DNA of 32,000 bases from Methanothermobacter thermautotrophicus str. Delta H (GTDB lineage Archaea; Methanobacteriota; Methanobacteria; Methanobacteriales; Methanothermobacteraceae): assembly GCF_000008645.1 (NCBI RefSeq), contig NC_000916.1:690001-722000 (forward strand), in the 5' to 3' direction. The notes beneath the pieces were generated by a model that was given only the letters and a program-made list of their open reading frames with translations, was not told the origin of the DNA and ran no database searches. Shown here in pieces: positions 17,036 through 25,600 of the stretch. How positions within the stretch are numbered: position 1 is the stretch's first letter; every line of letters begins with the position of its first letter. The position numbers and the translations under genes were made by a program.

Positions 17036-18154
17036 CTACTCCTTCAGCCCGACAGAGTTTGCAAATATGAGTGAGCTGAGGAAGATGAAGGTCAGGAGGG
17101 CTGTCCCGTTTATTGTCCTGTTTATCACGAAGAGTCCTATTATGGCCTGCGACATGAAGGCTGCGAGGGCCCCTGTCAGCAGAACCTCCCTTCCAAGGTA
17201 GCTTCTTGAGCCATTTTCACGCCTTTCACGGTATATGCTGAGCATCCTCAATCCCATTATAATGATACCCACACACCAGATTAGAAGGAAGAACATGGTA
17301 ATGTATCCAAAGTCATAGGCCCACCCAAATACTCCAGGCACCATGTAATCTATCACGTCCTTCTTGTTGACGAGTATGCCATAGAAAACCGGGAAGGGCA
17401 GACCAAAGAAGAGTATGAGCTGAAGTGGAAGTGAAATGTATCCATCGGCAAATCCACTTGAGAGTTCACCCCAGTAGGAAGACATTGGATTATGACCCAG
17501 GAGGGTGGTGTTCTTGATGACAAGTTTCATGCTCGGGAGTGAAAATGTTTCGAGTCTCTCTATACGTAGAAGAGGGCTTAGAACAGTCATCCCCAGTACC
17601 CTTGAGATTAACTCAAGGCCCCCGAATCCAGCCACTGCTATTAATGCAAAGCCGGCGACCCGCTTAACCGTGATGAGGGACCTCTGCCTCATGGACTTTG
17701 ATATTATGAAAAGTCCCATAAAAAGGCCCAGAAGCCATAGAAGGAGGAACGATCTGTGCATAAGACCCCCAAAGAGGGTTATGCCCGCCATGAGCAGGTA
17801 AACAAAACCTCTAAGGCCCCTCACATCAACCCCTGATTCCTCCATGATTGCAAGGGCTGCAAGGGATGATACTGTCACAAGCAGGGCTATTGGGCCAAAT
17901 GGGTGGGTGAACTCACTCTGACCGAATGACATGAAGAGTGCAACAACGTCAAGTCCGAAGATTATGTTGAATCCTATTCCAAGGACTATGCAGATGAATA
18001 GAACCATGCTGAGGGACATTGGTGCAAGGTTGAGTATGAAAACCATTGCTGCGTAGAGTATTATGCCAACCTCAATTATGAGCTGAAGGTGATTCTGTGC
18101 TATAAGGGCCAATTTAATCCTCCAGAGATGTTGATGATAGGGGACTGCAAACAT
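17036..18154 (-). CDS. Polytopic (about 10-11 TM) membrane protein; possible divergent SEDS (FtsW/RodA)-like protein
   Basis: 372 aa with an ATG start and strongly hydrophobic segments throughout. A loop of about 50 aa lies between predicted TM7 and TM8. By-eye motif blocks are FGQSEF, IMEESG, LLGHN-x14-ADGYIS and NGTALLTFIFLSS (see findings). Confidence 0.75.
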   Translation of the reverse strand: MFAVPYHQHLWRIKLALIAQNHLQLIIEVGIILYAAMVFILNLAPMSLSMVLFICIVLGIGFNIIFGLDVVALFMSFGQSEFTHPFGPIALLVTVSSLAALAIMEESGVDVRGLRGFVYLLMAGITLFGGLMHRSFLLLWLLGLFMGLFIISKSMRQRSLITVKRVAGFALIAVAGFGGLELISRVLGMTVLSPLLRIERLETFSLPSMKLVIKNTTLLGHNPMSSYWGELSSGFADGYISLPLQLILFFGLPFPVFYGILVNKKDVIDYMVPGVFGWAYDFGYITMFFLLIWCVGIIIMGLRMLSIYRERRENGSRSYLGREVLLTGALAAFMSQAIIGLFVINRTINGTALLTFIFLSSLIFANSVGLKE

Positions 18155-18222
18155 GTTTCAGGGCAAAAATCCGGACCCTGAAACCAGAGATATGGGGTTG
18201 CAACTAGATCATATATTGAGGG

Positions 18223-18735
18223 TTATCTTAAAAAGTTTTTCCGCCAGGTATGGATTTTCGAAAGACAACCATAGTCCTCACCGGGACCATTGTAGTCTGC
18301 CACAGCCATTACAGGACCGTATTCAACTGTTTTGCCCTTTTCAACTGGTTTGAAACCGTTTTTAAGGTAAAACCTTATTGCACGGTCGTTTGATGGCTTT
18401 GTGATGAGGTAGATCTCCCTCGCACCCATACCCTTCACGGTCCCTGCGAACCTTTCAAGGAGCCTTCCGGCAATTCCAGTTCCCCTGAGGGACGGTGAAA
18501 CACAGAGGAGGTGGATGTATGCCTCGGAGGGGTTATCCTGTGATATGAACCCCAGCAGGAACCCCACGATTTCATCCCCATCCTCAGCAATAAATGAGGT
18601 TGTGCTGAAGAACCTCGTGAATATATGGTAGATGGAGTTTCTCTCTGTAACCATAGGTGGGCATTCATGTGCCAGTTCAGCTATGGCCAGGAAGTCCTCC
18701 TCCCTTGCGTTCCTCACCATCACACCAATCACCAT
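18223..18735 (-). CDS. GNAT-family N-acetyltransferase (C-terminal about 14 codons possibly out of frame)
   Basis: The acetyl-CoA-binding segment is LLCVSPSLRGTGIAGRLLERF, followed by NDRAIRFYLKNGF. The ATG at 18735 may be leaderless (TATA-like CTTATTAAATC about 25 nt upstream). An alternative ATG at 18720 has GGTGAT upstream. Confidence 0.85.
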   Translation of the reverse strand: MVIGVMVRNAREEDFLAIAELAHECPPMVTERNSIYHIFTRFFSTTSFIAEDGDEIVGFLLGFISQDNPSEAYIHLLCVSPSLRGTGIAGRLLERFAGTVKGMGAREIYLITKPSNDRAIRFYLKNGFKPVEKGKTVEYGPVMAVADYNGPGEDYGCLSKIHTWRKNFLR

Positions 18736-18769
18736 ATTAATTATCCGTCGAAGATTTAATAAGGTTAAC

Positions 18770-18783
18770 TTTAAATATTAAAA
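18770..18783 (+). promoter_or_regulatory. TATA box (TTTAAATATTAAAA) for tRNA-Ala
   Basis: This consensus-like archaeal TATA starts 35 nt upstream of the mature tRNA 5' end and is preceded by purine-rich, BRE-like AAGGTTAAC. Confidence 0.55.
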
Positions 18784-18804
18784 GGCTTAATGTATACTTT
18801 GTTG

Positions 18805-18878
<74 letters not shown>

Positions 18879-18882
18879 CTCA

Positions 18883-18905
18883 AAACTGTTTTTTAAACTG
18901 TTTTT
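18883..18905 (+). terminator. Tandem oligo-T terminators (AAACTGTTTTTT AAACTGTTTTT) after tRNA-Ala
   Basis: Two back-to-back 12-nt units, each ending in T5-T6, start 5 nt after the tRNA discriminator. Archaeal RNA polymerase terminates at oligo-T tracts. Confidence 0.6.
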
Positions 18906-18964
18906 ATTGTCCTGCATTTATTTTTACTGATTAAATGAAGTTTTTCAGGTTTCCTTATTAAAAT

Positions 18965-19007
18965 AAAAAAATCATTCCAGGCCACAGGGAAGTGCCCAAT
19001 GATTTTT
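18965..19007. terminator. Symmetric hairpin flanked by an A-run and a T-run between convergent genes (candidate bidirectional terminator)
   Basis: AAAAATCATT (18967-18976) and AATGATTTTT (18998-19007) are perfect 10-nt inverted repeats around a 21-nt GC-rich spacer that can itself pair partly. The element lies between tRNA-Ala (+) and the DUF354 gene (-). Confidence 0.45.
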
Positions 19008-19035
19008 AAGTTTAAAGGGAGTCACCGGGATGTCC

Positions 19036-20064
19036 CTAACTGGATTCAGCGGCCTCGTAGACCATGTCCACTATTATCCGGAAGAGGTCATCTGTTCTGA
19101 GTTTCTTTTGCTCCCTCTTTGATACAAGGAGTCTCAGGGCCGTGTTTACGATTTCATCCACATCGGTGGATCGGTACATGAGGCCATTGTCTATATAGAA
19201 CCTGTCCACTGAAAGGGGCTTTCCAGGGTAACAGGATATGACTGGTGTGCCAAGGAGAGCCGCCTCCCTGTTCATGGTCCCGCCGGCGCCTATAACAAGG
19301 TCACATCTCTTCATGAGGCTGAAGGTGTCAACTGGTGGCTTTATTATGGTAACATTATCATATCCCTCGAAGATCTCTGCCTGTTCCCTGAACCTGGGTA
19401 TTATGAGTATATTGGCGTAATCCTTCAGGACCTCCACTATCGGCGTGAGGACCGATTCATGACAGTCAGCATCAAGGTAGGATGCCAGTGACGGCTCCGG
19501 CCTCATGAGTATTGTCTTCTCCCTTTCAAGTTTCAGGTTCAGGTCCTCGAAGATGTTCTCATTGTATTCAAAGTTCTGGAAGTGGATTATCTCAGAGGTC
19601 CCCCTGTATCTCCTTATCCTGTTTGGGTCAGCACCTGTTTTCATTATGTCCCAGAGGTCAATGACCTCAGGCATTATTATGTTGTCACAGAGAGGGAGTG
19701 TTAGCTTGTTTGCTGCCAGTGCGTGCTCATTGTCAAGTACATAGACACTTGGGATTCCAAGACCAAAGGTTACCCTTGGGAGTTCTATGGAGTGTTTTGA
19801 AAGACCAACATCTGGTCTCTGTTCTGCTATAAATTTTGAGAGGTTATATGCCCTCTTTGTGCTCTCAATGAGTTTCTCAGAGAGGGTTACGCCATGTTTA
19901 CCTATTGATGTGAACTCAAAGCCGAAGAGCTTCATGAGCCTGTGTATATCACCGAACTTCCTGGCGGTGATTATGACATCCTCGCCCTCTTCCTGGAAGT
20001 ATGTTATCACATCCCTGAAAAACCTGACATGAGGGGCGTTGGTAATATCAATCCATATCTTCAA
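19036..20064 (-). CDS. DUF354-family protein (GT-B glycosyltransferase-like fold)
   Basis: The typical family N-terminus (M)KIWIDITNAPHVRFFRDVI is obtained from the TTG at 20064 (GGTGG upstream). The track start at 20109 would overlap hypB. The C-terminal CDLVIGAGGTMNREAALLGTPVISCYPG resembles the nucleotide-sugar-binding motif of MurG/UGT-type GT-B enzymes. Confidence 0.8.
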   Translation of the reverse strand: MKIWIDITNAPHVRFFRDVITYFQEEGEDVIITARKFGDIHRLMKLFGFEFTSIGKHGVTLSEKLIESTKRAYNLSKFIAEQRPDVGLSKHSIELPRVTFGLGIPSVYVLDNEHALAANKLTLPLCDNIIMPEVIDLWDIMKTGADPNRIRRYRGTSEIIHFQNFEYNENIFEDLNLKLEREKTILMRPEPSLASYLDADCHESVLTPIVEVLKDYANILIIPRFREQAEIFEGYDNVTIIKPPVDTFSLMKRCDLVIGAGGTMNREAALLGTPVISCYPGKPLSVDRFYIDNGLMYRSTDVDEIVNTALRLLVSKREQKKLRTDDLFRIIVDMVYEAAESS

Positions 20065-20086
20065 GGAAAACCACCAAAAAAATATT

Positions 20087-20740
20087 TTAATCTGCCATTG
20101 CCCCTTCAATGGCTTCTATGATCTCCTGAACACCATCACCTGTCTTGAGGCTGGTCTTTATTACCCTGACTTCCGGGTTGATCTTCTTAACATCATCAAC
20201 CATCTTGTCAAGGTCCGCGCCAACGGCCTCTGCAAGGTCAGCCTTGTTAATAACAACAAGGTCCGCCTCCCGGAATATGAGGGGGTGCTTCTCGACTGTG
20301 TCGTCGCCCTCTGTGGAGCTTACAACAACAACCCTCATGTGGGATCCAAGATCAAAGTCCACCGGACAGATGAGGTTGCCGACGTTCTCAATGAATAGCA
20401 GGTCCACATCATCAAGGGGGAGGTCCTCAAGTCCGTGCTCAACGAGGTGGGCATCAAGGTGGCACTCCTTACCTGTGTTGAGCCCGACAACAGGTACGTC
20501 GTACTTCTCAAACCTTCCAGCGTCGAATTTGCTTATAACGTCCCCTGCGATAACCGCAACCTTCCTGTCCATGTTCTCAATGAGTTTCTCTATGAGTGTT
20601 GTTTTTCCTGAACCTATTGCACCCAGAAAGTCAACTGCAAAGACATTTGCCCTGTCAAGGCGTCTCTGGTTCTTTCTGGCGAGTTTCCTGTTTGCAAGCA
20701 GGATGTCATTCTGAATTTCAACCTCTGCTACTTTATGCAT
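20087..20740 (-). CDS. hypB: Hydrogenase nickel-incorporation GTPase HypB
   Basis: Motifs seen are GAIGSGKTTLIEKL (P-loop), the CH motif region ECHLDAH, ENVGNLICP, and NKADL. GGAGGA lies 5 nt upstream of the ATG. The gene follows hypA after a 12-nt gap. Confidence 0.92.
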   Translation of the reverse strand: MHKVAEVEIQNDILLANRKLARKNQRRLDRANVFAVDFLGAIGSGKTTLIEKLIENMDRKVAVIAGDVISKFDAGRFEKYDVPVVGLNTGKECHLDAHLVEHGLEDLPLDDVDLLFIENVGNLICPVDFDLGSHMRVVVVSSTEGDDTVEKHPLIFREADLVVINKADLAEAVGADLDKMVDDVKKINPEVRVIKTSLKTGDGVQEIIEAIEGAMAD

Positions 20741-20752
20741 GAAATTCCTCCT

Positions 20753-21121
20753 CTAGTCCTTCTTCTCAATCTTTATATTTTTAACATTGCATTCCCTGCC
20801 AGCCCTGACATGGAACTCATGGCCCCCGCAGGCGGGGCATTTTATGACCGGAGCGAAGTGGTCAAGTTCATCGGCCTCGACCACGCCCTCATATCCACAT
20901 TCACACTCTATTTCCACGGGGACAACCTCAAGGTTGAACCTGGCGCCCTCAAGTATTGTGCCCTCGCTGAGGACGTCCAGCATAAATTCTATCTGTTCCG
21001 GGTTCAGCAGGGTAAGCTGGCCGATCTCAACCGTGACCTCAAGGACCTCGACGGCGTCATTCTTCTCTGCAGCATCGATAACCGTCCTCACAATTGCATC
21101 GGCCATGGATAGTTCATGCAC
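20753..21121 (-). CDS. hypA: Hydrogenase nickel-insertion protein HypA
   Basis: The (M)HELSMADAIV N-terminus (MHE nickel site) is obtained from the GTG at 21121, which has GAGGTGA upstream. The zinc site is CECG...CPACGG. The track ATG at 21130 adds 3 codons. Confidence 0.9.
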   Translation of the reverse strand: MHELSMADAIVRTVIDAAEKNDAVEVLEVTVEIGQLTLLNPEQIEFMLDVLSEGTILEGARFNLEVVPVEIECECGYEGVVEADELDHFAPVIKCPACGGHEFHVRAGRECNVKNIKIEKKD

Positions 21122-21130
21122 CCATTTCAC

Positions 21131-21213
21131 CTCTTTAGTCTGACAAAATTTTATAATTAGAATTAATAGAGTTATCTATATAAAAATTGTTAATTACCGG
21201 AAGGTGATTTTTC
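21131..21213. promoter_or_regulatory. AT-rich divergent promoter region between hypA (-) and prs (+)
   Basis: It contains AAATTTTATAATTAG (about 21146-21160) and TATATAAAAA (21177-21186). The prs SD AAGGTGA lies at about 21200-21207. Confidence 0.45.
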
Positions 21214-22071
21214 ATGATAATAGGTTGTTCAGCATCACAGAAACTTGCTGCCTCAGTTGCAGATTTACTAGATGAACCTTTATGCCCCGTTGAAACCCGT
21301 AAATTCCCTGATGGGGAACGTTACATCAGGGTTAAGGAGGAAGTGGAGGGAGAGGTGACCGTTGTGCAGTCAACGGGTTACCCCCAGGATGAAAACCTCA
21401 TGGAACTCCTTTTCATGATAGAGAACCTTAAAGATCTGGGGGCGGATTATGTGCGTGCAGCCATACCCTACTTTGGATACGGGAGGCAGGAGAGGCGTTT
21501 CAAGAGCGGTGAAGCTGTATCGGCGAAAATAGTCGCCCACCTCCTTGAGGCCGCCGGTGCAGATGAAATTGTAACCGTGAACCTCCATGAGAACTGCCTG
21601 AGTGAGTTCTTCCGTGTACCTGTGAGGGAGCTCTCTGCAATGCCCCTCATCGCTGAACACATCTCATTCCTTGATGACCCGGTAATCATCGCCCCGGATA
21701 AGGGTGCCCTAGGTCATGCCCGGGAGGTCAGTGATATACTTGGATGTGAATGTGACTACATGGAGAAGGTCCGCATATCCCCTGAGGTGGTTGAGACCCG
21801 TGTGAGTGACCTTGATGTTGAAGGAAAGGATGCTGTGGTTGTTGATGACATCATAAGCACCGGTGGGACCATAGTAAACGCCGCCGGGATTTTAGGGAAA
21901 TGTGGAGCCTCAAGCATAACTGTTTGCTGTGTCCACCCGGTCCTTGTGGAGGACGCCCTCCTGAAGATATTCTCAGCCGGTGTTGAGAGGGTCATTGCAA
22001 CGGACACCCTTAAATCTGATGTTAGCGAGATCTCAGTTGCACCGCTTATTGCAGATGTCATGAAAGATTAA
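21214..22071 (+). CDS. prs: Ribose-phosphate pyrophosphokinase (PRPP synthetase)
   Basis: 285 aa. Recognised segments are KFPDGERYIRV, the YFGYGRQERR region, and the PRPP-binding loop VVVDDIISTGGT. Confidence 0.92.
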   Translation: MIIGCSASQKLAASVADLLDEPLCPVETRKFPDGERYIRVKEEVEGEVTVVQSTGYPQDENLMELLFMIENLKDLGADYVRAAIPYFGYGRQERRFKSGEAVSAKIVAHLLEAAGADEIVTVNLHENCLSEFFRVPVRELSAMPLIAEHISFLDDPVIIAPDKGALGHAREVSDILGCECDYMEKVRISPEVVETRVSDLDVEGKDAVVVDDIISTGGTIVNAAGILGKCGASSITVCCVHPVLVEDALLKIFSAGVERVIATDTLKSDVSEISVAPLIADVMKD

Positions 22072-22273
22072 TTTAACCCATTTCAGATATTTTTTCAGTT
22101 CCCGGCCCTTATTAACTTTTTTTAAGAATCATCTGGACCTGAGCACATGAAAAGGGAGCTCAGTATAAAAAAGACGTATATCCTAAATAACCCATTAGAA
22201 CTATTTCGCCAGAACACAGATAAATCCTGAAAACAGGCTGGAACTTCCAAAAAGAAAAAGTAAATGCAGAGGA

Positions 22274-24208
22274 TCAGTGCATGGCTGGTTTTTTCATGAT
22301 TGAAGGCACAATATCACTTATCTTCTGCATCCTTTGAATCAGGCTCTCCTTTCCCTTACCGATGAGTGCGTGTTCAAGGACATCCCCGAGGGTCTCAACG
22401 GGTACTATCTCAACCATGTCCTCGTACTTCTTCTCAATCATCACATCACCCATGTTGGATGCAGGTATCAGGACCTTCCTTATTCCCGCCTCTGCAGCTG
22501 CCTCTATCTTCCCTGTGACTCCTCCAACAGGGAGAACATCTCCGCGTATGCTCAGTGAGCCGGTGAGGGCAACTGACTGATCCACAGGTATCTCCTCAAG
22601 GGCCGATATGACTGCTGTTGCAACGGAGACACTTGCACTGTCCCCCTCCACACCATCATAGGCCTGGAGGAACTGTATGTGGATGTCATAGTTGGATATG
22701 TCTGTACCGGTGTATTTCTTTATGAGGGCGCTTACGTTCTGCACAGCCTCCCTTGCGATTTCACCCAGTTTACCTGTTGCTATGATTCTGCCTTCCTCCT
22801 TGCTCTGGGCAGGGGCGGCCTCTGCGGCTATGGGGAGTATGATCCCACTCCTATCACCGATTATCGCAAGGCCGTTGACTCGACCGACCTCTCCACCCTC
22901 TGATTTGAAGACACTGTACTTCTTCTTCTGGACAATGTATCTATCTGCAATCTGCTGCTCAAGGGTTCGTGAAAGTTTTTTTGCCTCTATAACGTCCTCT
23001 GTTTCCACAAGTTCTGCTCCGCGGCTCTTGGCTATGTCACCGGCTGCCCTTACAAGGCCCCCCAGTTCACGGAGTTTTAGGGTCAGTGAGTCCTTCTTAC
23101 CGGCCCTCCTCTGGGCCTCCCTTATTATCTCCTCAACTGCCTCCCTGCTGAAGTGGGGGATCCTTCCATCCTTTTCAACTTCCTGTGCAACGAACTGAAC
23201 GAGTTTGTCCCTGTTTTCTGGTGTGTCGGGCATCGTGTCCTTCATGAAGACCTCGTATCCGTATCCCCTTATCCTTGAACGGAGGGCAGGGTGCATACCC
23301 TCAAGCACCTGCAGGTTACCTGAAGCCACCAGTACGAAGTCACAGGGAACCGCCTGTGAGCGTACCATGGCTCCGCTGCTTGTTTCGCTCTGGCCTGTGA
23401 TCGAGTACCTCTTCTCCTGCATGGCCGTCAGGAGTTCCTGCTGGGTCTTCATCTTCATTGTCCCTATCTCATCTATGTAGAGCACACCCTTGTTGGCCTT
23501 GTGGATCATCCCGGCTTCCACCCTCTCATGTGCAGGTGTGCCAAGACCACCTGACTGGTAGGGGTCATGTCTTACATCCCCGAGGAGGGCCCCTGCATGG
23601 GCTCCGGTTGCATCGACGAATGGTGCGACCTGCCTTCCCTCATTGTTCACAAGGAGTTTCGGGACCATGACCGTTGTCCGTGGCCTGAACTGCTGCAGTG
23701 CCAGGAATATTATACCTGCAGCTATTATCGCTGCCAGGAACTGGTTCATCATGAACCCAAGGACAAGGATGAAGGATATTATGAGCATCATGAAAAGGTT
23801 CTTCTTCTCATCCTGTGACCTTGCCTTGTTCTTGTGGTTCATCACGATCTTACGACCCTCTCCTGCAGGTACAGCCCCTATGAGGGGGTTGTTGGGGTCC
23901 TCTATGTTTGGGTAGACCAGTATGTCCTGTAACTGTTCGCGTGGCAGCAGCTCTGCCATCGCCTTTGCCAGCATGGATTTACCCACACCGGGTTCACCTA
24001 TCAGTAAAACGTTACGTCTCTGTTCAGCCGCCTTTTTTATTGTCTCAACGGCCTCTTCCTGCCCTATGATCTGATCTATGAGTCTTTCGGGGACTTCTAT
24101 ATCCTTTGATGTTTCATATGAAAGGGTCTCCCCGGTTCCCTTTTTAGTCTCGTTACCCTCATATGAAACAGATTCCTGAGTTCTGGAGTTTTTAATGGTG
24201 GTTTTCAT
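22274..24208 (-). CDS. lon: Archaeal membrane-anchored Lon protease (LonB)
   Basis: The Walker A motif is LIGEPGVGKS. Two TM helices are inserted in the AAA+ module (LFMMLIISFILVLGFMMNQFLAAIIAAGIIFLAL). The C-terminal Lon protease domain contains DGDSASVSVATAVISA (catalytic Ser) and GGVTGKIEAA (Lys). Confidence 0.93.
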   Translation of the reverse strand: MKTTIKNSRTQESVSYEGNETKKGTGETLSYETSKDIEVPERLIDQIIGQEEAVETIKKAAEQRRNVLLIGEPGVGKSMLAKAMAELLPREQLQDILVYPNIEDPNNPLIGAVPAGEGRKIVMNHKNKARSQDEKKNLFMMLIISFILVLGFMMNQFLAAIIAAGIIFLALQQFRPRTTVMVPKLLVNNEGRQVAPFVDATGAHAGALLGDVRHDPYQSGGLGTPAHERVEAGMIHKANKGVLYIDEIGTMKMKTQQELLTAMQEKRYSITGQSETSSGAMVRSQAVPCDFVLVASGNLQVLEGMHPALRSRIRGYGYEVFMKDTMPDTPENRDKLVQFVAQEVEKDGRIPHFSREAVEEIIREAQRRAGKKDSLTLKLRELGGLVRAAGDIAKSRGAELVETEDVIEAKKLSRTLEQQIADRYIVQKKKYSVFKSEGGEVGRVNGLAIIGDRSGIILPIAAEAAPAQSKEEGRIIATGKLGEIAREAVQNVSALIKKYTGTDISNYDIHIQFLQAYDGVEGDSASVSVATAVISALEEIPVDQSVALTGSLSIRGDVLPVGGVTGKIEAAAEAGIRKVLIPASNMGDVMIEKKYEDMVEIVPVETLGDVLEHALIGKGKESLIQRMQKISDIVPSIMKKPAMH

Positions 24209-24358
24209 TTCTATTCAAATGCCTCCATTAAGTGAAGTGGTTAAAATTAAAATCACAGTTATCAATTGTTTCTCCTACTTAAAATATTTTACTTACAAAT
24301 TTTTATTTTAATATATGGGGGTTCCCCTTATAAAGGTATCTCCACCATGTTGCATGGT

Positions 24359-25600
24359 TCAGCGGTTTATCTCAGATATCAGGGCCAGGGCGTTCTGTAT
24401 GAATTTCTCAACAATCTTGCGGTACTTCTCCTCACTCGCCTCCAGTGCCTCCCGGGTCCTCTTCATCTCGGTGATGTCCCTTGCAATGGTTGAAACCCCG
24501 ATGATCTCGCCGTTAAAGTCACGTATTGGTGAGAGGGAGATTGAAACCCAGATCTCCTCCCCATCCTTCCTCCTGCGCTTCGCCTCAAAGTTTGAAACTA
24601 AACCTCCGGATTTAACCTCTGATATCAGGCCCCGCAGCTTCTCGAATTCCTCCTCACTCATGAGGATGGATATGTTCTTTCCCTTAACCTCCTCTGCACT
24701 GTAGCCATAGACCATCTCAGCTCCCCTGTTCCAGTCCATTATGTTGCCCTCCAGGTCGTAACTCACGATGGCGTCACCTGATGATTCAACTATGGCTGCC
24801 AGTCTTTCAAGTTCCCTCTGGAATTTCATCCGCTCTGTAACGTCCCTGAAGATGGCCCTGCTGTACTCCACCTCTCCTTTCTTCATCCGGACATTGACGT
24901 TGCCCTCGACAAATATCTTCTCTCCGTCACTGGTTATGAAGGCCGTCTCGACGGTGGGTATCTTCTCACCTGACATCACCCTCCTGAAGAGTTCACGGCA
25001 CTCATCAAGTTTGTCAGGGTGTATCACATCGAAGAGTGTGAGTTCCTCCAGGTCCCTGTCAGTGTAGCCGAGGGTCTCCTTCCAGGCCCTGTTAACATAG
25101 ACGAATCTCCCTTCAGGGTTAACGGCCTGTATCATGTCAGTGGCGTTCTCAAAGAGGTCCCTGAACTGTTCCTCACGGCTCTTCAGTTCCTCCTCCATTT
25201 CCTTTCTACTGGAGATATCCCTTATTATTGAGGTTATGTACCTCCCGGCAGGGGTTTCTGCAGGGTTGATGGTCATCTCAACAGGGAATTCTGTCCCATC
25301 GGCTCTGAGAGAAACCGTCTCAAGGACCCTTCCGCTGAGCTCATGTCTACCCGCAGCACGGTACTCCTCCATTTTAATGTGGAGATCCTCCCTCAGGGGT
25401 TCCGGGACCAGATCATCCAGATTTTTACCCTTCAGGGATGGGTATCCGTACATCCTGTCTGCTGCAGGGTTTGAGAAGACTATAACGCCATCCATGTTAA
25501 CCGTGATAATGCCGTCGGGACTTTTACTGATAACGGTCTCGAAAATTGACTTAAGATCATCTTCTGACAGGTCAGGAACTGCAAGAGGAACAGGGGCCAT
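24359..25600 (-). CDS. Triple-PAS-domain sensor protein without a recognisable output domain
   Basis: 413 aa. It has three PAS/PAC-like units, each followed by a coiled linker: ...DGIITVNMDGVIVFSNPAA..., ...DMIQAVNPEGRFVYVNRAW..., ...DAIVSYDLEGNIMDWNRGAE... . No HisKA/HATPase, GGDEF or HTH motif was seen. Confidence 0.8.
   Translation of the reverse strand: MAPVPLAVPDLSEDDLKSIFETVISKSPDGIITVNMDGVIVFSNPAADRMYGYPSLKGKNLDDLVPEPLREDLHIKMEEYRAAGRHELSGRVLETVSLRADGTEFPVEMTINPAETPAGRYITSIIRDISSRKEMEEELKSREEQFRDLFENATDMIQAVNPEGRFVYVNRAWKETLGYTDRDLEELTLFDVIHPDKLDECRELFRRVMSGEKIPTVETAFITSDGEKIFVEGNVNVRMKKGEVEYSRAIFRDVTERMKFQRELERLAAIVESSGDAIVSYDLEGNIMDWNRGAEMVYGYSAEEVKGKNISILMSEEEFEKLRGLISEVKSGGLVSNFEAKRRRKDGEEIWVSISLSPIRDFNGEIIGVSTIARDITEMKRTREALEASEEKYRKIVEKFIQNALALISEINR

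Noticed and set aside
20145-20714. 189-aa ORF on the plus strand
   Set aside because: It is antisense to hypB. Its low-complexity Ser/Thr/Arg-rich translation is characteristic of antisense frames.
22147-22230. 27-codon ORF (MKRELSIKKTYILNNPLELFRQNTDKS) in the prs/lon convergent spacer, next to a CTGAGC...GCTCAG 6-bp inverted repeat
   Set aside because: There is no SD or TATA in the proper position, it is very short, and nothing argues for coding. The inverted repeat is too short to be meaningful on its own.
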